32,000 nucleotides of DNA from Dickeya solani IPO 2222 (GTDB taxonomy: Bacteria > Pseudomonadota > Gammaproteobacteria > Enterobacterales > Enterobacteriaceae). The stretch is from the NCBI RefSeq assembly GCF_001644705.1, contig NZ_CP015137.1:3780001-3812000 (forward strand), in the 5' to 3' direction. Both the position numbers and the translations under genes were made by a program. Each line of letters starts with the position of its first letter. Position 1 is the first letter of the stretch. The notes below the pieces were generated by a model. The model worked only from the letters and a program-made list of their open reading frames with translations, was not told the origin of the DNA and ran no database searches. Positions 27,355 through 32,000 of the stretch are shown here, one piece after another.

Positions 27355-28881
27355 ATGAACGATAAAGCCGCCTTTACGCCGCCGAATCCGGGACTGGCGA
27401 CGCTGGCGATATCGCTGGCGACCTTCATGCAGGTGCTGGATACCACGATCGCCAACGTGTCGCTGCCGACGATAGCCGGCAATCTCGGCGTCAGTTCGGA
27501 TCAGAGCACCTGGGTGATTACCTCGTTTGCCGTATGCAACGCCATTTCCCTGCCATTGACCGGCTGGCTGGCGCGCATCGTCGGTCAACGGCGGTTATTT
27601 GTCGTTTCGGTACTGCTGTTCAGTCTGGCCTCTTTTCTGTGCGGTTTCTCGCGCAGCATGACGGAGCTGATTGTTTTTCGGGCCTTGCAGGGCTTTTTCG
27701 CCGGGCCGATGTACCCGATGTGTCAGACGCTGTTGCTGATGATTTTCCCGCCATCGCGCCGCAACATGGCGTTGGCGTTATTGGCGATGGTGACGGTGGT
27801 GGGGCCGATTGTCGGTCCGATTACCGGCGGGTGGATCACCGATAACTACGCCTGGCCGTGGATTTTTTACATCAACGTGCCGATCGGCCTGTTCGCCGCC
27901 GGGGTGGTGATGGCGCAACTGCGCGACTGGCAGGACACGACGGAGCGCGCCCGCGTCGATTATGTCGGCATCGGTCTGTTGGTTCTCGGTGTCGGCCTGT
28001 TGCAGGTGGTGCTGGATAAAGGCAACGACCTGGATTGGTTTGCGTCCTCGGATATTGTGACGATGTCGGTGATTTCCGCCATTGCGCTGGTGTCCTTTGT
28101 GATCTGGGAGCTGGGAGAGCGCGATCCGCTGGTCAACCTGAGACTGTTTGCCGACCGAAATTTCACTATCGGCACGCTGTCGCTGATGCTCGGTTACGCC
28201 GCGTTTTTCGCCATCAACGTGATTTTGCCCCAGTGGTTGCAAACCTGGATGGGATACACCTCGACCTGGGCAGGGCTGGCGGCCGCGCCGATGGGGATGT
28301 TACCGATGCTGCTCACGCCGATTATCGGCCGTTATGGTAACCGGGTGGACTTGCGCCTGCTCGCCTCGCTGTCGTTTGTGATCATGGGGCTGTCGTGCCT
28401 GATGCGCGCTCAGTTCACCATCGACGTCGATTTTATTACGGTGGCCGGCGTACAGCTGTTTATGGGGATTGGCGTGGCGTTTTTCTTTGTGCCGCTGACC
28501 TCCATTTTGCTGTCGAGCCTGCACGGCAAGGATGTGGCGGAAGGGGCCGGACTGTCGACCTTCCTGCGCGTGCTGGGCGGCAGTTTCGCATCGTCGCTGA
28601 CCACCTGGATCTGGTCGCATCGCGAGATCTATCACCACGCGGTGTTGAGCGAAAGCGTCTCCGTCTACAACCCGGCGGCGGTGGATTACCTCAATCGGAT
28701 GGGGGGAGTCAGCCAGACCACGCTGGCGCAGCTTGATAAAACCGTGCAGCAGCAGGCGTGGATGGCATCCACCATCGACTATTTCCATTTGCTGGGTTGG
28801 GGATTTATGGGGCTGGTGGTGATCATCTGGTTCGCCAGACCACCGTTTACCAAAACAGGGCCGGCCGCTGCCGGGCATTAG
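27355..28881 (+). CDS. emrB: Multidrug efflux MFS transporter, DHA2 family (EmrB)
   Basis: ATG at 27355 is preceded by GAGG (27343-27346). It is colinear with E. coli EmrB (LATFMQVLDTTIANVSLPTIAGNLG, DNYAWPWIFYINVPIG). GTG at 27337 is an alternative start that would overlap the emrA stop. Confidence 0.85.
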   Translation: MNDKAAFTPPNPGLATLAISLATFMQVLDTTIANVSLPTIAGNLGVSSDQSTWVITSFAVCNAISLPLTGWLARIVGQRRLFVVSVLLFSLASFLCGFSRSMTELIVFRALQGFFAGPMYPMCQTLLLMIFPPSRRNMALALLAMVTVVGPIVGPITGGWITDNYAWPWIFYINVPIGLFAAGVVMAQLRDWQDTTERARVDYVGIGLLVLGVGLLQVVLDKGNDLDWFASSDIVTMSVISAIALVSFVIWELGERDPLVNLRLFADRNFTIGTLSLMLGYAAFFAINVILPQWLQTWMGYTSTWAGLAAAPMGMLPMLLTPIIGRYGNRVDLRLLASLSFVIMGLSCLMRAQFTIDVDFITVAGVQLFMGIGVAFFFVPLTSILLSSLHGKDVAEGAGLSTFLRVLGGSFASSLTTWIWSHREIYHHAVLSESVSVYNPAAVDYLNRMGGVSQTTLAQLDKTVQQQAWMASTIDYFHLLGWGFMGLVVIIWFARPPFTKTGPAAAGH

Positions 28882-28976
28882 TCCGCAGTGTGGCCGATGT
28901 GTGAATTGATGCCGATGCAGGTTCGTCATCGGTGGGTGTTTAGGTGTTTCTGAGGGTTCAGCAAGGGGGTTTTGCC

Positions 28977-29876
28977 ATGATGTTATCAACGATGCCGTCT
29001 ATGATGAGGTTTACCGCCGACTTGATTGGCTGGATAGAGAACCATCTTGAAAGCCCGATGATGATCAATGACGTCACCGCGAAATCGGGCTACAGCAAAT
29101 GGCATTTGCAACGCATCTTCAAGAAGGAAACCGGCGTGTCGCTGGGCTCGTATATTCGCAGCCGGCGGCTGAGCAAAGCGGCGGTCGAATTAAAGCTGAC
29201 CAGCCAAACCATCCAGGATGTGGCGTTACGTTATTGTTTTGATTCCCAGCAGTCATTTACCCGAACCTTTAAAAAGCGTTTCGGGATGTCGCCCGGACAT
29301 TATCGCAAAGCGTCAAGTTGGGATTTCTCCGGCCTGCAACCCTCGTTAGGCTCCAGTGTGGACTGGCTTCCGATTCCCGAAGTGGTTGATTTACCCGCCA
29401 TACCGGCGAATACCTACTTTTTTGAACATACCCATAGTATTGATGATTTTATTTCGGCGGTTGATATCCCGCAAAGAATAACGTTATGGGAGCAGACCAG
29501 CCGCCAATATAGTGGCCCGGATGTGGTTATTTATTCTTTTTCAAATTTTATTCCTGACGCGAACCGGGTTAACCGTCATGTGCGGGTGGCGTACCATATT
29601 AGCGCCGTCGACCCGCATAGTGACGTCGGTGCTGATAATGTTTCCGGGCAGACGCCAGCTGCGACGGAACGCTATTTACGCTTTATGTTTTCCGGGGATG
29701 TGACGGAATATACATCGTTTTTGAAAACGATTTATCATCATATTTTACCCGGCCAGGCGTATACCCGAATGAATAGCGGTGAGCTGGAAGTCATCCGCTG
29801 TAAAAAAAACGCGCAAGGCAGGATCGATACCGATTATTTTGAAGTCGAGTATTATATCCCGTTTGATCGACAATAA
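28977..29876 (+). CDS. Rob-like AraC/XylS-family regulator (MarA/SoxS-type N-terminal dual HTH plus a C-terminal effector domain, probably GyrI-like)
   Basis: ATG at 28977 follows AAGGGGG. AKSGYSKWHLQRIFKKETGVSLGSYIRSRRLSKAAVELKLT and RYCFDSQQSFTRTFKKRFGMSP parallel E. coli Rob. About 180 further residues follow. Confidence 0.8.
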   Translation: MMLSTMPSMMRFTADLIGWIENHLESPMMINDVTAKSGYSKWHLQRIFKKETGVSLGSYIRSRRLSKAAVELKLTSQTIQDVALRYCFDSQQSFTRTFKKRFGMSPGHYRKASSWDFSGLQPSLGSSVDWLPIPEVVDLPAIPANTYFFEHTHSIDDFISAVDIPQRITLWEQTSRQYSGPDVVIYSFSNFIPDANRVNRHVRVAYHISAVDPHSDVGADNVSGQTPAATERYLRFMFSGDVTEYTSFLKTIYHHILPGQAYTRMNSGELEVIRCKKNAQGRIDTDYFEVEYYIPFDRQ

Positions 29877-29971
29877 GAGTCTCTCCGTTCAGGGCTACTT
29901 CACTTGCCATTTTTAACCTAGGCAAAGCCCGAAATCCTCAGCGACTCCCGTGCCCAAACCGGCTGCGCCCA

Positions 29972-30028
29972 TGACGGCTGTTGACGGCTAAATCAGGCAA
30001 CGCCTGAAATGGCCGTCAACAGCCGTCA
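29972..30028. repeat. Long perfect hairpin (17-bp stem) with a nested 6-bp stem in its loop
   Basis: tgacggctgttgacggc (29972-29988) pairs with gccgtcaacagccgtca (30012-30028). The loop contains tcaggc-aac-gcctga. It lies 96 nt after the Rob-like stop and 133 nt before the next start. Confidence 0.7.
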
Positions 30029-30160
30029 CGTATTGATTGCGCGCTCAAGCTCAAACATGGCTACTTTTTCAGCGCGCTGTTTCGGTTTTATCGGATGGTG
30101 CCTGATGGCCGCGAGGGTATACTGCGTCACAGTTTTCGATCACAAAAGAGTAAGCGTGTT

Positions 30161-30646
30161 ATGACATTAATCAAACGTGCAGTGAACACCGTGGGTGTGG
30201 CCGCTCTGATGGCGGCAGCAAGTTACGTTCAGGCGGCCAGCTGGCAGGAGTCCCTTTCCAACGCGGCCAACCAGTTAAGCCAGAACGGTGCGTCATCTGG
30301 CAACCTGAGTGGGCTGACCGGCTTGCTGAATGGCGGAACCCAGTCGCTGAGCGCCGGCAGCATGAACAATGCGGCGGGTATCCTGGAATACTGCATGAAA
30401 CAGAAGCTGGTTGCGGCGACAAACACCGAAAATGTCAAAAACCAGTTGCTGAATAAACTGGGCCTGACCTCTCAACAGGAACAGCAGAAACAGACCGATT
30501 ATGTACAAGGGTTGACCGGTCTGTTGAATACGGGAGAGGGGAAACAGCTAAACCTGAGTACGTTGGGTAATACGCCGCTGGCGGAAAAAGTCAAAACCAA
30601 AGCGTGCGATATCGTATTAAAGCAAGGGTTGAAATTTATTTCCTGA
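30161..30646 (+). CDS. Small secreted protein, DUF2501-like (YjjA-type)
   Basis: ATG at 30161. It has a signal peptide (MTLIKRAVNTVGVAALMAAASYVQA). The motifs AAGILEYCMKQKL and KACDIVLKQGLKFIS match my recollection of DUF2501. The family call is tentative. Confidence 0.6.
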   Translation: MTLIKRAVNTVGVAALMAAASYVQAASWQESLSNAANQLSQNGASSGNLSGLTGLLNGGTQSLSAGSMNNAAGILEYCMKQKLVAATNTENVKNQLLNKLGLTSQQEQQKQTDYVQGLTGLLNTGEGKQLNLSTLGNTPLAEKVKTKACDIVLKQGLKFIS

Positions 30647-30789
30647 CTGATAATTCCCGACCAGCACGCGGCATTGATAGCGTCTGGTCGTGGTAACGGA
30701 AGTGTGAAATTCCATAAACCCCAGAAGATAAAGATGCCGGGTGGGTGTAGCCGACGCGGTTTAATGCCGGGCTGGTGCTCTGGCTATGA

Positions 30790-31380
30790 TCAGTGTCCGT
30801 ATTTAAAATTAAAGCCTAACGCATCGCCTGTTGTATCGTATTCGCGGAAGTTATATATCAACGGTTTCCACTTTGACGAGTCGATGGCATCGTTTTGACC
30901 TAATAGATGGCTTTCTACCCAGACATTCAAAATATCAAACTCAACGAGAATAAAACGCCCTTTATCCGTCGTACTTACGGTTCGGCATTCCGCCTGAATC
31001 GGACATTCAACCACGCGCGGCGGTACAATCTCTGTCGATTTTTCAGTGTGAAGCCCGGTTTTGGCGAATTTATCGTGGCATACCTGAACGCCCCATTTTA
31101 TTTGGCTTTCGGATAGCGTATCTCCGCCCGTCAGTTTACCGATTTCTTCCACCGTCTCCCAAAGATTGTAATCAGGGATATTTATAACCGCATCGGAGCC
31201 TGATAGTAAATTGCTGTAGGTTTTGCTGCCTTTGCTGACCCCGATAATAATTTTATCGCCCAGCGAAATCGAGGAAGATACTGGGGCGATATTGGTATTC
31301 CCGTTACGGCTGTCTGTCGTTGTGACAAGAAAAACCGGGAAGCCGTAATAAAATGAATTTAATTTCACACTTTTCTTCAT
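30790..31380 (-). CDS. Flavin reductase-like (FMN-binding split-barrel) domain protein
   Basis: 196 aa. YGFPVFLVTTTDSRNGNTNIAPVSS is typical of the flavin reductase family. It lies in a visibly lower-GC stretch. Confidence 0.6.
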   Translation of the reverse strand: MKKSVKLNSFYYGFPVFLVTTTDSRNGNTNIAPVSSSISLGDKIIIGVSKGSKTYSNLLSGSDAVINIPDYNLWETVEEIGKLTGGDTLSESQIKWGVQVCHDKFAKTGLHTEKSTEIVPPRVVECPIQAECRTVSTTDKGRFILVEFDILNVWVESHLLGQNDAIDSSKWKPLIYNFREYDTTGDALGFNFKYGH

Positions 31381-31687
31381 TTCAGCGTAGAACCCATTAT
31401 TTGAAGGTATATGTGATGCCCATTTCTACTCTTTTCGATGGCCTTTAACAATAACCCCAATTGAGTATTCACGGGGTATGTATGCCGCGTGTTAATAAAT
31501 CGGTTTGTTATCTTCATGAGGGATTTTTGTTTACTTAATGTGGCATTTTCTTCATGTGATTATCCCTGTCGGCTTGCTGGGGATACGGATAACTGAGGTG
31601 AAACGTGCTTATCTGCCTCATCATCGGCTTGTCATGCTGTTGCGCGACTGTGAAAGATATATAGAAAAAATAATCCACAAACCCGAA

Positions 31688-31710
31688 AAGAGGTATATGA
31701 TATACATCAT
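31688..31710. promoter_or_regulatory. Candidate NsrR-type operator upstream of the yeaR-like gene
   Basis: aagaGGTATATgATATACatcat contains a GTATAT-G-ATATAC perfect palindrome, or 9-1-9 with one mismatch. About 16 of 22 positions match my recollection of AAGATGCATTT-N-AAATGCATCTT. It lies about 50 bp before the ATG. Confidence 0.4.
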
Positions 31711-31760
31711 ATTGTTTTATCCTCCCGTCATTTTTTAAACTGGGATAAATGAGGTTAAAC

Positions 31761-32000
31761 ATGCAACGAATCGTAATACCAGCTAATTATGTTCATACAC
31801 GTACAACGCCTTTTTGGACCAAGGATACGGCGCCTGCGTCTATTTGGCAGCGACACCTGGATGCGGGTACCCGGCAAGGTGTTTACCCACGTTTATGTGT
31901 GATGCAGGGGGCTATCCGTTATTACGGCTATGCAGATGAGAACAGCCCCGATCCTGTCGACACCCTGACGATAGAAGCCGGGCAATTTGGCGTATTTCCG
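31761..32000 (+). CDS. yeaR: DUF1971 protein, YeaR-like (5' part; runs off the window)
   Basis: My own translation from ATG 31761 (GAGG 6 nt upstream) gives MQRIVIPANYVHTRTTPFWTKDTAPASIWQRHLDAGTRQGVYPRLCVMQGAIRYYGYADE...EAGQFGVFP. This parallels E. coli YeaR (MLQIPQNYIHTRSTPFWNKQTAPAGIFERHLDKGTRPGVYPRLSVMHGAVKYLGYADE). It is absent from the ORF track because it has no stop in the window. Confidence 0.8.
   Translation, partial: MQRIVIPANYVHTRTTPFWTKDTAPASIWQRHLDAGTRQGVYPRLCVMQGAIRYYGYADENSPDPVDTLTIEAGQFGVFP

Noticed and set aside
29917-29924. Third copy of CCTAGGCA downstream of the Rob-like gene, considered as a further MarR-type operator.
   Set aside because: Only one half of the palindrome context is present (aaCCTAGGCAaa), and there is no adjacent promoter or paired box. 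It is probably coincidental, though the rarity of CTAG makes it worth including in a motif scan.
30658-30690. Hairpin cgaccag...ctggtcg after the DUF2501-like gene, considered as a terminator.
   Set aside because: It has a 7-bp stem, a 19-nt loop and no U-tract, which is too weak to call.
31535-31762. 75-aa (-) and 66-aa (+) ORFs between the flavin reductase gene and the yeaR-like gene.
   Set aside because: The two are mutually overlapping, AT-rich and lack an SD sequence. The minus-strand one would begin inside the yeaR-like start codon region. I treat them as promoter DNA.

Overview
The window is a visibly GC-rich, enterobacterial-type chromosomal segment. By eye the products align closely with E. 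coli Cfa, KatG, YkgEFG/LutABC, YohJK, FtsI, NikABCDE, MarR, EmrAB, Rob and YeaR, and a canonical 127-bp ERIC/IRU repeat is present. I call about 30 protein genes. In order they are: an unidentified 3' gene fragment; a secreted DUF1593 nucleoside-hydrolase-like protein; lutCBA (-); cfa (-); an AraC/cupin regulator (+); a long co-directional minus-strand block (fused ABC permease, ABC ATPase with a C-terminal extension, membrane histidine kinase, FixJ/NarL-type response regulator, yohJ, yohK); katG (-); an orphan FtsI/PBP3 paralogue (+); a SAM methyltransferase; a nikABCDE-like importer; a MarR-like regulator with emrA and emrB; a Rob-like AraC/GyrI regulator; a DUF2501-like secreted protein; a flavin-reductase-like protein (-); and the 5' part of a yeaR-like (DUF1971) gene. 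I found no tRNA or rRNA genes, IS or transposon, integrase, CRISPR array or recognisable phage-defence system. The best candidate for something undescribed is the ABC module without a binding protein, joined to a kinase with no sensory domain, a response regulator and LrgAB-type genes (7867-13955), behind a 0.65-kb AT-rich, repeat-laden control region. Other points worth checking are a PBP3 paralogue with an SSD motif in place of SSN, a marO-like double operator inside a perfect 16-bp inverted repeat, several tandem-repeat promoter regions, an unexplained structured GC-rich element between convergent genes, and a 17-bp perfect-stem hairpin. All functional assignments come from reading the translations and recalling families. 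No database search was run.
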